From Hydrolagus colliei (taxonomy: Eukaryota), in assembly GCA_035084275.1 (NCBI GenBank), contig CM068769.1, positions 1,426,001 to 1,490,000 on the forward strand: a stretch of 64,000 nt of DNA, read 5' to 3'. The position numbers and the translations under genes were made by a program. The notes below the pieces were generated by a model that worked only from the letters and a program-made list of their open reading frames with translations, searched no databases and had not been told where the DNA came from. Positions 49,399 to 60,985 of the stretch are shown one piece after another. Numbering within the stretch: the first letter of the stretch is position 1; the number at the start of each line of letters is the position of its first letter.

Positions 49399-49969
49399 CT
49401 GGAAAAACAATACATTTCTAATTAAAAATATGAGTCAATTCTCTTTACTCTGTATATTATGGAGAGCTTTTGCACGTCTAAAATGTCAATATGAAACGCA
49501 AGAGTTGCTGTTTTTACTGTAAGTTTGCTGGGGAACGCTAAACGATCAATAGTGTTTTGGTGCTGATAGATTTTCTGTCTGTGTTTGTAAATGTTAGAAC
49601 TGCTTATAAGTGCGAAGTTGTTCCATTCAACCTTTATCCTTGATTTTCTGTAGCTCGTGAAATAATTCATTAAAAGCTACTTCCAAGTTAAAAATACACA
49701 TCTCTTGGGTTTGTGTGTTTGCATTATCTCGTCTTGTCGCCGTCTCCAATCGCGTCAGTGATCTGAAGTGAATTTAAGGTATGTTCTGTTAGAGGAAACG
49801 TGGCATTCCACTGTCGGTAACCGTATCCCAAAGTCATTTGTGGATTGATCGATCAAACTAATATTAGGTAAAATATATTTTTAGAAAGCGATTCGTTAAT
49901 TAAATAACAACAATGACAACATTAAACCCATGTGCGCAGCATGCATTGGTCATGTCCAAACATACTTAC

Positions 49970-50015
49970 TGGTTAGAGTGAGAATTACTATCAGTAACTG
50001 GCAGTGGGCTGCCAT
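49970..50015 (-). CDS. Leader exon of V49 (MAAHCQLLIVILTLT-M)
   Basis: 15 codons + 1 nt, GTAAGT donor, hydrophobic core. Confidence 0.8.
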
Positions 50016-51379
50016 GCTGGCTGCTGAGTTGTGGGCAGATAATAGAGTCTCTTCATGTATAAATGGCTGCTTTGCTGCTTCAGTTGAATGTTGTGAGGCA
50101 GCGGTGGGTCTGACGTGTGCAGTGAGCTATTGTCTGCATGTGTAGGCGTTGCCCACCAACCAGTGGATCTTGAACTTGATCCACCGCAACTTGGGACTTC
50201 CTCCCGACGTACGACTTTTGCTGCACAGTGGTTAGAGCTGTCTGCTTATAAGCGTGAGAGCTTTGTCTGAATCTAGGCACATGAGGGCGAAACCTTGGGC
50301 AAGTCTCCTTACTCCATACACACATAACTAATAATATTCCGTTCAAAAATACACAATAATAAAAATGGGTCTTTTCAAGCCACGACTGTTTGTCAGGACG
50401 ATGCTTGGTGTGTGCAATTGTCTACTGTGGTTTGCCCACAAATACACAGTCACTTGCTTGGCAGTATATTCTGTGAAACGCTTTGAGACGTCGAAAAAAT
50501 GTGAAAAGCGCTAAATCAAATGTAAATATTATTACTTTTAAATATGTAATGTTTTTTTTGCTGCTGTACCGGTGATTGGAAGCTGATGTATCTGGGAAAA
50601 GAATGGAGAGTGCACTTGCAGTTAGCACACAATCAAACTGATATAGATGAACGTAACTCACAAGTGAGCCGACTTGTGTTTGATTCCCAGGCAGGGCGAT
50701 ACTTTGGGCAAATGTTCTTAATCTACACACGCAACTGCGTGTCGCTGACACTGAATCGGATCGTGTAAATTAGTATATTGGTGGATCGCGTTGATGTCGT
50801 CATCAACCCTTCAAAGATAAGTAATAATAATAATAATGATTTTGAATTTCCTCCCCTGTCTGTTTTCAGGAACATGTTGCGTCAGCGGTGTTTCCAACAG
50901 AAAATATACAGTTACTAATTGATGCAGCAGATCGTGTGTTGTACTATCAATTGTCTTGGTGATGTGATAATACACTAAATCGAAATCACAAATTATAATT
51001 TTTTATAACTCAAGAGTGTAATCTGTAAGCACTTTGAGAAGTGTGGAAGATTCGAAACTGTATTCCCCTTTGTTGGGAATACATCTAAGCAAATAAGCTG
51101 TGAGCTATGATTTCTAACATGAGAAAAATAGGCCAGTATTAAACGTGTTCCCAAATGAACCCAATAAAGAAAAACAGATTGCTGTTATCGAAATCTAACA
51201 CCTTGATCAAACCAATAAGTTCCACGGAAGGGCGGATGCTTGTTTGTGAGAAGCACAAGAAAAAAAATATGGATACATTGTTCATTAGTCAACCGAAGCC
51301 TTGCGTTAATCAGGCTTTAGACAAACCTTTGTAATTTTCAGCTGAGCCAGGTAAAGTGTATAGCAGGGAAACAGTATCA

Positions 51380-51399
51380 ACTGTAACAGGAAGCACCTG
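51380..51399. promoter_or_regulatory. ETS + E-box composite (ACAGGAAG-CACCTG), copy 1
   Basis: actgtaacaggaagcacctg is identical to 56981-57000 inside otherwise diverged duplicated blocks. Confidence 0.55.
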
Positions 51400-52285
51400 C
51401 TGTGGCTGCCAAGTAAGTTGTTTCAGAAAGCAACGCGGGAAGTTATGTCAGTTGCTGCTGATGTTATAGGTGTGTTTATATCCCCATCTGTTGGTTGATT
51501 GCAGCTAGAACACGTGTACTGCAGCGACAAATGATTGCAAATTGATTTCTACCCACCATATCTTTCCTGTTCCTATCCTATCCTTTGGATATTTACACCT
51601 TATTCTCATTTCCCTGCTCGTTTCTCATATTGCCTATGACTTAATGGGACATTCGACTCCAACCTCATTCACAAGCTCGTATTGCGGCATGTCTCTGCTG
51701 GTACGTGGCACAGACTATTTAAGTTTTTTCCCTTGCACTTCTCTTGTATTTGGTAATGTTACATTTCGTAACGTTGACATTAAGAATTTACATTACTGAA
51801 TCATAAGCTTTATATGCATATACATTTGTATTACTTTTATACAGCGACTCCCGCATTGATGTCTCAAGGTGCTTTTCCCTAGAGGAAAAGTGACAACTAA
51901 TCTGGGCACTTGTTAAATATAACCCTCTCTTCTCACTGTCCCATGGAACAACATTTATGGTGGTTGAAGGTGTGGTTTGCTTAAGCGTTGATTTAGTTTG
52001 TTCTAACTGCACACCCAGAAATCGGTTCAGCTATATGTTCGGCCGGATAAGTCGAGTGTTCTAACTACTGAGCTACAGGAGCTAATTATAATCGCATCAA
52101 AAGCGGGTTCACATTTACAGCAAGTTAATCAGAGATGTGTGGATTAAGGAAACTTGCCTAACTACAAACACTTGTAATGAAATAGCGCCTTCTACGCATC
52201 TTAGAAAGATTCTCCCTCAAAACGAATCGAACCCTGTTCCTACCGAGTTAAGTGCTGCAACCAATATGGCACATAACGCCACAAG

Positions 52286-52323
52286 GGTTTTTGTACGGGT
52301 GTCTCGGTGATGCCTTCGCTGTG
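52286..52323 (-). other. RSS of V52 (CACAGCG-22-ACAAAAACC)
   Basis: Perfect nonamer, spacer of 22. Confidence 0.9.
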
Positions 52324-52618
52324 GGCCTCAGTGCACAAACATAGGCAGCGGTGTCGCTGAGCTGGAGGTTGTCGATCTTGAACTGGAAATGTTTCTTGGA
52401 GGAATCCATCAGGGCAGAGAAGCGTTCCTAACTGATATTCTTCCCGTAGGAATGCCTTTGGATGAGGAAAGCGGGCCCTTCACTGGGGCGCTGACGGTAA
52501 ATCAGCACTGATATGCTGTCACTAGTCGTGGAGACATTACAGCTGATAGTCAGTGAGGCGCCTTCGAAACGCCAGGCTGCTTTCGGGCTCTGCCTCACCG
52601 AATCTCCATCACGGATTC
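52324..52618 (-). pseudogene. TCR V pseudogene (V52): in-frame TAG at 52428-52430, Trp41 lost
   Basis: GDSVRQ...TISC...VLIYRQ...KNIS*ERFSA...SDTAAYVCALR. Confidence 0.9.
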
Positions 52619-52714
52619 CTACAGGAAACAATTGTGTAATTCAGTGTTGAAACGATCAATACTAAGTTAGAAAACTAACGCTATTATGGGCCACATTTCA
52701 TAGAGTATATGTAG

Positions 52715-53040
52715 TTCCTGTAGCTCAGAGGTTGGAGCACTCGCCTTACAAACGTGAGACCTTTGTTCACATGCAGGCAGATCAGGAAGAGACTTTGGGC
52801 GAGTTTCCTTACTCCACATGCGCGACTAATAATAATCCCTCCGAAAAAACACAATATTGTGAGGAAATCTGGTCATTTGCAACGCACGACTGTTTGTGGG
52901 AACGCTGCTGTGTGCAATTGGCTGCCATGTTTCGCCAACAACTATACAGTCAATTCACTTTAATGTATAATCTGTGAAGCCCTTCGAGCCGCCGATAAGA
53001 TGTGAAAAGCGCTACATCAAATCAACGGATATAATTACTG
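52715..53040 (+). mobile_element. Full-length SINE, antisense in the V52 intron
   Basis: cctgtagctcagaggttggagcactcgccttacaaacgtgag... then core, body and L2-like tail. Confidence 0.85.
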
Positions 53041-53412
53041 TACACTACCACACACTTTGAGACGCTTTTAGAATGTCTTCACCCACGGGGATATATTGTT
53101 CTACAAGATGAATATCTGTAAGAATTTGGCAGTTATTTGAAAATTAAATTGCATCGTCCTTCAAATGAAAACGTCTACTAATAATCATCCTTAAAACTTA
53201 TATAGCGCTTTGCACGTTTTCTAGACGTCATTAAGCGCTTGACAGAATATATTTTAAAGTGAATTAACTGCAGATTTGTGGGTGAAAGTTGACAGCGAAT
53301 TGTGCCCAGCAATGTTAAAGCGAGCAGGGTTAAAGGAGACTCTGTTTAGAGATGACCCGTGGTACTAGCGTTGACTAGATGGATGTCGGTAATGATATCT
53401 AGATTAATTAAC

Positions 53413-53461
53413 CATGTAGTGAGAATGCGATAGCTGCGGAGAGCAAATATCCCAACTGCAT
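53413..53461 (-). CDS. Leader exon of V52 (MQLGYLLSAAIAFSLH-G)
   Basis: 16 codons + 1 nt, GTTAAT donor; TGACGC about 110 bp upstream. Confidence 0.7.
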
Positions 53462-53839
53462 TGCGTTCAGACACCACAATCAGCGTTTATGTCTCTGCTA
53501 CTCTTGACACCGTGTGACACTGATGCCAAAGGTATAGCTGAGAATCTTTAGTGATGTTGTCTCTCATCTGTGCGTCACTATCTCGTACCTCGAGCTGCTG
53601 TGGGCGTGCAGGACTGCTCCATTCAGATTCAGGCTTAATCGTGTACATTTGATCCTGAGTATGCACACCCACAAATTACACAGTCAATTCACTTTACAGT
53701 ATAGTCATTGAGAAATATTAATGGTAAGGCGATTGATCAGATGGAAGCATCATTACAATAACGAATTATTTCATCATCAAACGCTCTCGCCTTCAGTCTA
53801 CATTACAAACTTGAAACTTTATATGATCTTATATTCATT

Positions 53840-54034
53840 GTAATATTTGTGCGTGTTCCTGTTTGATGTGCTGAGGGTGTATTGTGGGGGTTTGTAGGGG
53901 TATTGGCGGTAGCAAAACAAATATGGATCTTCGCTGATTTTCACTGTATAATTGCACTGCAGATAAGGAATTCTCCGCTTCATTCACTGTCACAGTCGCT
54001 GGGAGCTGTGTCACCGAGTCTCCTCCACAATGCC
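53840..54034 (-). pseudogene. TCR V pseudogene (V53.8): frameshifted, 3'-truncated, no RSS
   Basis: GHCGGDSVTQLP...NE then frameshift to LQCNYT...LFCYRQYP...; no YYC. Confidence 0.85.
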
Positions 54035-54421
54035 CTGGGAAACACAAACACATCAGCGTTTAATGCAATAATAACATAAACATACTTGTGTTTGATACAG
54101 CATCGTACAGAGTGATCGTGCCATCTCCAAGCGTTTCACTGACTATATATTGACTCCATTTTGTGGGTGAAAGCGGCAGGCAGTTGAGTGCATCTTTCCA
54201 GCACAAACAGTCACGGAATAATAATGATAATCCTTGCATTTATTGTGGCGCTTTTCACTTCTTGGAGTCGTCTCAAAGCGAGGCGAGTGTTCTAACCACT
54301 AGCTGTGGGACACCACTTATACACAAGTGGTATAGTATGTTGGTTATTCCATGCAATAAAACTTTGGCTTTGAAGAAAATGTAAAGGAATTGCATCCATA
54401 TGGAGTAGGTGTTTGGCTTAC

Positions 54422-54461
54422 CTGCGAAGGTAATGATGGCGGCTGCCACATATGTGTACAT
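54422..54461 (-). CDS. Leader exon of V53.8 (MYTYVAAAIITFA-G)
   Basis: 13 codons + 1 nt, GTAAGC donor. Confidence 0.85.
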
Positions 54462-55098
54462 TGTCACCTGTGTTAATGGTATCCTGTGTTGAGGAAGCGC
54501 TGGTGGTTTAGTGGGAGAATGTTGGCTGGGAAGCAGTAAGATACCATGAGGAGGACTGAACAGGCAATGACATAAACAGGTTGCCATACACTGTGAGTGA
54601 GCTGGTCTGAGATTGATGTACAACCTTTGTTTCTCTGTCACTGGGCGTCATCTTCTCTGCTCTGCCATCTCGCTCCTCCATTGGCTCTCTTCTAACACTG
54701 ACATGCCTTTGATCAGCTGGATGGCAGACACCTGCAGCAAGATAGATCGATAGATGCATTACATGACGTCCAAACACATACATGAGTTCCACACATCTGT
54801 ACAATCTGTGCACTCATGTAGTTTAATGGTACCAACACTCGCCTTACAAGCACTTTGCCTGCGTTTGATTCCTGCCGGAGCGACACGTTGGTCAAGTTTA
54901 CTTACTCAACACCCCGACCGAAGTTTACCGAGAGTAAGTAGGATTACGGTTGATAATGGATTGAAGAGCAACTTTCCAGGGAAACAATCTCTCCCAGCAT
55001 AGGGAACTCGATCCGCGTCCGTGTATAGGACAATGCTGTGCCGAACTGAATGCCTCGTTTCGCCTGCAAAACAAAAAGTAAGTACATTTTACATTGTA

Positions 55099-55256
55099 NN
55101 NNNNNNNNNNNNNNNNNNNNNNNNNNNNNNNNNNNNNNNNNNNNNNNNNNNNNNNNNNNNNNNNNNNNNNNNNNNNNNNNNNNNNNNNNNNNNNNNNNNN
55201 NNNNNNNNNNNNNNNNNNNNNNNNNNNNNNNNNNNNNNNNNNNNNNNNNNNNNNNN
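55099..55256. other. Assembly gap (N run)
   Basis: Run of n bases. Confidence 1.
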
Positions 55257-55660
55257 GTAGGAGGAGGTGCTCAGAGGAACTCCCATAGTGTGTGTGTTTG
55301 GGGTTAGATAATTCCTTTATTTGTGTTGATCCCGTTCCTCACATCAAAAGCTCTCAAGAATCTCGCACCACCCTACATTCGTGACTTCCTATCCCTCCTA
55401 TCTCTTTACCAAACTGCCCGCTCCCTTCTTTCGGCTGCATCTGACCTGCTCTACGTCCCCCGACCGACCCTCCCAACCAATCGCGGGCGAACCTTCAACC
55501 ACTCTGCCCCCAACATCTGGAAATCCATCCCGAATTAATTCCGCCACAGTTTGTACTGAGAAGTGAATTGACTGTATGCGCTACTATATAAACGTGGCAA
55601 GCCACTTCCTCTATTTTGCAAACCTAGTACTTTACACATTGAACTGCAGTCACCTTAGCA

Positions 55661-55699
55661 TGTTTTTGTACAGGTCCTTCGTAAACACACATCACTGTG
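55661..55699 (-). other. 23-RSS of V55 (CACAGTG-23-ACAAAAACA)
   Basis: Consensus heptamer, spacer of 23. Confidence 0.95.
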
Positions 55700-55973
55700 C
55701 TCTCCGCACAGAAGTAAGTGGCGGAGTCAGACACTCGCACGTCTCCGATCGATAACGTGCTGTTTTTTCCAACAGACAAAGCATTTATCCTGTCCTTCTG
55801 CTTCATCTCTCTCGATCCCAACACCAAGTAAATGATGGAGCCGTTTCCATGCTGTTTGTACCATTGAAACGCTGGGCTGGACACTGTGGTGCTGCACTTC
55901 ATAATTACATTCCCATTTTGATTCTCTGTCAGAGTCTGAGGTCTCTGTGACACTTCACTTTCAGCCAAGACAC
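55700..55973 (-). CDS. TCR V exon (V55, ESEV family), intact
   Basis: ESEVSQ...IMKC...FQWYKQ...DRINA...SDSATYFCAE. Confidence 0.92.
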
Positions 55974-56085
55974 CTGGGGACATAGAATATTCTTGGATAG
56001 TATTTCATAAAATGTCTGCAATAAAATTTGTAATTATGTACCTGGCAAAACAGAATTCGTGTGTCCAATCTGATACTCTACTTAC

Positions 56086-56143
56086 ACAAAATTGTTGCAA
56101 TTAAATAAAAAATTATATATGGTGCATTAAAATCCTGCTTCAT
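56086..56143 (-). CDS. Leader exon of V55 (MKQDFNAPYIIFYLIATIL-C)
   Basis: 19 codons + 1 nt, GTAAGT donor. Confidence 0.85.
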
Positions 56144-56980
56144 TCTCACGTCTTTTCTATTCGCGTCAAAATGTCTTGTTGATGTACAGTGAGAAATCAG
56201 CTACAGGCTGATAAATGTTTGCAAATTTTTGTGGAACGCAGTTAGCCATGCAGATTATAAGTAGATTCTCAGTGACACCTTCACACACTTCTCACTTCCT
56301 GTATGTTTGCTTCTGCAGAATTCATTCGCCAATTGGCTAGCCACTTGCTGTTGGTTAGCGGAGGTTTGCATGTGTGTGAAGTTAGCAATCGTGACTTATG
56401 TTTCTCCCACCCTAACTGGTTCCCAATCAGGCGATAGGTTGGGCAAATATACTTACTCCATACACGCACACCTCATTTTAGTATACAATAAGGAGGAAAA
56501 CGCAGCTTAGTCCATTGGTGGTTCACTTTGCTGGGGATAATATTCCCCATCTCCAAAATGTTCTACATCAAAGGCAAGCAACACTAAAATAATCATTAAT
56601 ATTGATAGTATAATTACTACCATTATTATTAATATCGCTGTCCATTCATCTATGTAATTATTTGTACGCCTTGAAGCATGTAAACAATATAATTCTTCTG
56701 CACCTAAGTTTAATTAATTGTTGTCAGTTTTATCGTGTTCCCAATCTACACTGAAACAAACTAACTTACTGTAGTTACCAAAATCCAATGCAATTGTTAA
56801 CAAAGTGAGATCCGCTAGAATGCGGATGCTTATGTTGGAGAAAGGCAATAAGATGAATATATGACATCCCTATTACTTTTCGAGCAAACTAAGCCTTGCG
56901 ATTGTCATGGTTACGGTTTAGACAAACCTTTGAACATTTCAGCAGAAGCAGCAATAATACGTACGATTTAACCAATGTGG

Positions 56981-57000
56981 ACTGTAACAGGAAGCACCTG
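56981..57000. promoter_or_regulatory. ETS + E-box composite, copy 2
   Basis: Identical 20-mer to 51380-51399. Confidence 0.55.
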
Positions 57001-57082
57001 TTATAGCTGTCAAGGTAGATTGACACAGAATGGAACGTGGCAAGCTATGTCAATTGCAGATGATGTTATATGTGTGTTTTGT

Positions 57083-57096
57083 CTGCCATCTGCTGG
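57083..57096 (-). promoter_or_regulatory. Candidate CTCF site (CCAGCAGATGGCAG)
   Basis: 14/14 match to the core consensus CCASYAGRKGGCRS; degenerate paralogue at 51481-51494. Confidence 0.6.
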
Positions 57097-57479
57097 TGGA
57101 CTGTAGCTACTGCACGAGCATAATTTAAAAGCAAGAGTTTTTTTGGGGGCCCTACATAACGTTCCTGGACCTATTGTCTCCAATGGAAATTGATAGCTTA
57201 AATCCATTTACATGCTTTTTCCTCGTATTGTTTGTGCTTTAATGGGACACTCGAATTCATTCTCATTCAAAGTCTCTTACTATGACATATCCCTGATAAT
57301 TGTTTCTCCACTTTAATTCTATTCCTTGCTCTGATCCTGTAAACGTTGATTAAATTTGGTTCACCTTGAGCTGGCATTCACCGTTTACATGACAGCAGCA
57401 CAATAGTTACATGTTTGTGGCACTATTCATTTCGCGATGATGTCACAATGCAGTGTATTTACTACTACTTCAACAAAGG

Positions 57480-57990
57480 ATTCACATTTGGGACGTCATC
57501 CCGACGTGACAGGCACTATGTAAGTACAATGTTGTTGCTGTTGTTCACGTCGGATGGACGTCCGAAGCCGCTGAACAGTCAGCTCGGGAACTGAGCAATG
57601 GAGAGGGCAGTGTAGTGGGGAGGGTCGTGAGGGAGGTGACACTGGAGGGCGAGAGTTAGCAGCGAATGGACAGAGTGAGCAGGGCAGGAGAAGGCACGGT
57701 CGAAGAGTAGCGTCTTGAGACCGACATTGAAGGAGGCTATGGAGGCAGGCAGGTAGTCAGTCGAAGGGACTGTGGGAAGGAGATCCAGAGAGCAGCGAAT
57801 TAAAATCCTTCCACCGATAATAGGGCGGGTCAGGCGGGGGACAAGGAGCAGATCGGATCCCGCTGAACGGAGGGGGAGTGGAGATTAATGGTACGACAGC
57901 AGATCGGAGAGCTGGTGGTTGGTAGGGGTGGCGAGGGGGTGGATAACGGGGCTGGCAAGGCCGTGCATGGCCTTAAAGGTGTGGAGGAGG
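57480..57990 (-). mobile_element. Decayed L2 3' fragment
   Basis: L2 3' region motifs (gcacggtcgaagag...ttgagaccg...tgaagga; aaggccgtgcatggccttaaaggt). Confidence 0.7.
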
Positions 57991-58429
57991 ATTTTGAATT
58001 GGAAAACTGCATGAGAATTGACAAACAATCTGCATTTTTATTTTTGTCACAAATAATAAACTTTGTCCTCAATTCCTATTGCGTCATGGACCAACACAAT
58101 CATGTCTTCAGTCTCTGTTTTTTTTCGAACCATTGATTGAACCTGTTGAATCTGCACATCCAGAACTGGTGTCACCTCTAAGCCACAGATGTCAAGCAGA
58201 GCATTGTTCATCGAACAGCCCAACAAACCAGGACCTTTGAATTTATGTCAGTGACAATAATATGATTATGTTTTATACACAAATTAATACTAGCGTTTGA
58301 CTGAGCACCATATCACATATTTTACAGTAATTTGTACCAATGGAAAACGAATGTACAAATCAACTCACAAACAGGTTTGAATTTAATACAGGGTAAACGG
58401 TGCAGATTAAGAAAACTTCAACACAGATT

Positions 58430-58496
58430 CGTTCTGCATGGAATTGAACCCAGGTTCCTCGCTGGCGATATGAGTGCTCTAAAAACTGAGCTGTAT
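58430..58496 (-). mobile_element. tRNA-like SINE head just 3' of the V58 RSS
   Basis: acagctcagtttttagagcactcatatcgccagcgaggaacctgggttcaattcc. Confidence 0.75.
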
Positions 58497-58509
58497 ACCT
58501 ACACTTGGC

Positions 58510-58548
58510 AGTTTTTGTAGGGCGGAAGCGCTGATCTGTGTCTCTGTA
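58510..58548 (-). other. Defective RSS of V58 (TACAGAG-23-ACAAAAACT)
   Basis: First C of the critical CAC is mutated. Confidence 0.85.
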
Positions 58549-58852
58549 GGGCTCATTTCACAGTAATACAGCGCCGAGTCATTAACTCTCACTTCAGTTA
58601 TCGGGACAGTTCTTCCCTCTTTATCCACCATCGTTGAGAATCGTTTGTTTGTAAAGTCGGCGTATTGTGGTCTATTGCTAGTGGACGTCGAAAGGATATT
58701 TTCTGGGGCTGTGTTTGGATAATGGCGGTACCAGAACAGATAAAGAATGCTTGTGCCTGTAGCTGTATAATTACACCTCTGATACACATCCTCCCCTTCC
58801 TTTACTGTCACGGTTGATTGGAGCTGTGTCACAGAGTCTCCTCCACAATGTC
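58549..58852 (-). pseudogene. TCR V exon (V58, GDSVTQ family): open frame, 2-codon FR3 deletion, dead heptamer
   Basis: YQRC...LFWYRH...KRFS...RTVP--ITEVRVNDSALYYCEMSP, compared with RTVPLIISQVRLPDS in V43. Confidence 0.85.
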
Positions 58853-59342
58853 CTGGAAATCAGACACATGTCAGCGTTCCGTAGAATAACACCAATAACA
58901 AGAATAATGTAGGCATATGACAAAACTACATATTGTGTCTTCATGTTAATTAAACGTTTACTACTGAATGTAGTTCAACGCATACTGTCGGTTTACTTTA
59001 TGGTCGAAACGTAGTAGACATTTATACACAATAGTGTTCCACAAACAGTCGTGGATTGAGTAACTGTATTATCATTAGCAGTATCACATATTGACAGATA
59101 ATTACCCCCCAATAAATCAATCGGCCAACGGACCATATTCGAAATGACTTCCCAGGAATCACAGCAATGCATGATGAGTGACAAAACTTGCCTAATATTT
59201 CGCGCTGTCCGTGCCGTGGAAGGATCCCATATAATCTCGATTGTGACAGCTCTATAAAGCTTGTTGTGTATTCATTATGTTAACCAATAAACACTGGATA
59301 ATAAGTTCAGTTGGCTGACTATACAATAAGTGTATGGCTTAC

Positions 59343-59382
59343 CTGACAAGGCAGTGATGGCTGCTGCCACATACATATACAT
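59343..59382 (-). CDS. Leader exon of V58 (MYMYVAAAITALS-G)
   Basis: 13 codons + 1 nt, GTAAGC donor. Confidence 0.85.
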
Positions 59383-59679
59383 TGCCGTGTATATGTAAAG
59401 GGCGCTGATAGTTTAGTTGGAGAATGTAGGCCGGGAAGCAGTAATATACCGTGAGGAGAGCTGAACACTAAATGACAAAGAGGGAGCAGGTCTGAGGTTA
59501 TGTACACACCTTGCTTTTCTGTCAATGTGCGTCATCCTCTCTGCTCTGCCATCTCGCTTCTCCATTGGTTCTCTGCCATCACTGACGTGTCTTTGATCCA
59601 CCGGGTGTCTGACACGTAGCAATATGGTTATTAGTCAACCAGTGAGTTCGAGACACTTTAATTCCATGCTTCAACTCGG

Positions 59680-59970
59680 TGTTCAGAGCACGAGATTTTC
59701 AAGTGTGTTCGAGTGCACGCAGATCAGGGCGAAAGCTTGGACAAGTTTCATTACACCACATATATGCCTAGTACTAATCCGTGCAACAAAACCCATCACA
59801 ATAATAGAATTGGTGATTTCAATCCACGATTGTTTGTGGGTCTGGCAGCCGCGTTTCGCCCACAAATATACAGTCAGTTCACTTTACAGTGTACTCTGTG
59901 AAGCACTTTAAGACTTCGATAAGATGTGAAAAGCGCTGTATCAAGTGCAAGAATTATTCTTCTTATTATT
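59680..59970 (+). mobile_element. Full-length SINE copy
   Basis: Core gaaagcttggacaagtttcattacaccac, body and tail gatgtgaaaagcgctgtatcaagtgcaag. Confidence 0.8.
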
Positions 59971-60460
59971 AAATAATGTTTGTTTCCAGGGGCATCATTC
60001 TATTGTTAAATAAGTAACTGAAAACACGTCTGTCTGTGGGAGAATGCTGTTGTGTACGTTTGGATGACAATCGAGTGATAATGTTTCTTGAATGGATTAC
60101 CATCCTGCAAAAGGCGACATGCTAATTGACTATTAAATGGGTCCCTACTCACACTTCGGCAAACAGACAACAATACTAATAATCTATGCGTTCGATATAG
60201 TGCCTTACCACGTCATCGAGACGTCGAGGAGCGCTTCCCTGGTTGCAATGTGCTTTGCGTTTTACTTTATATGTTATCGGATAAATGCGGCACATACCTG
60301 CGCACAGAAGTGACTCGCAAAAAGTCGGAGATTGAAGTGATCATTTTAATTTGGAATTATAACACGCGGAAAAGCCATCCACTATTAGAATAATAAACTG
60401 ATTCCTATTAACTCCTATCTACTCAGAAGCGTGTGGTGCTAGAAAATAATGACCGAGTTT

Positions 60461-60529
60461 TGTGCCTGCTGGGATACGAACCAGCAATTTTATCGTTTGT
60501 GAAACGCGTGCTTTAATCATTGAGCTACA
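60461..60529 (-). mobile_element. tRNA-like SINE head just 3' of the V60 RSS
   Basis: ctgtagctcaatgattaaagcacgcgtttcacaaacgataaaattgctggttcgtatcccagc. Confidence 0.75.
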
Positions 60530-60541
60530 GCAGCCTCAGCA

Positions 60542-60580
60542 TGTTTTTGTACAGGCTCCTCTCAGACACGCAGCACTGTG
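60542..60580 (-). other. 23-RSS of V60 (CACAGTG-23-ACAAAAACA)
   Basis: Consensus heptamer, spacer of 23. Confidence 0.95.
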
Positions 60581-60863
60581 CTCTCTGCTGCACAGTAGTA
60601 AGTGGCCGTGTCTGTCACTCGCACGTCTCTGATTGTCAGTGTGCTGTTCTTCTCTTTTGTATCAGCCAAAGCACTTATCCTCTGCTCCGCCTTTACCTCT
60701 CTTTTTCCCAACACCAATAACGCTATGGAGCCGTTTCCATACTGTTTGTACCATTGGAAGTTGTGGACTTCTACATTGGTCCTGCATTCTATAAATACAT
60801 TTCCAGTTTCGTTCGCTGCCGTGGACAGAGGTCTCTGTGTCACTTCGCTTTCAGCCAAAACAC
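60581..60863 (-). CDS. TCR V exon (V60, ESEV family), intact
   Basis: ESEVTQ...FIEC...FQWYKQ...QRISA...TDTATYYCAAE. Confidence 0.93.
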
Positions 60864-60985
60864 CTGCGAAATACAAAGGAAGAATCTAGGAGAGAAATTT
60901 GGGGAAAACAAACACCACCATCGACAAATTTTATGATTTCACAGTAAAGCAAAGATGTGATTCTCCCAATAAATAGTTTGCTTAC

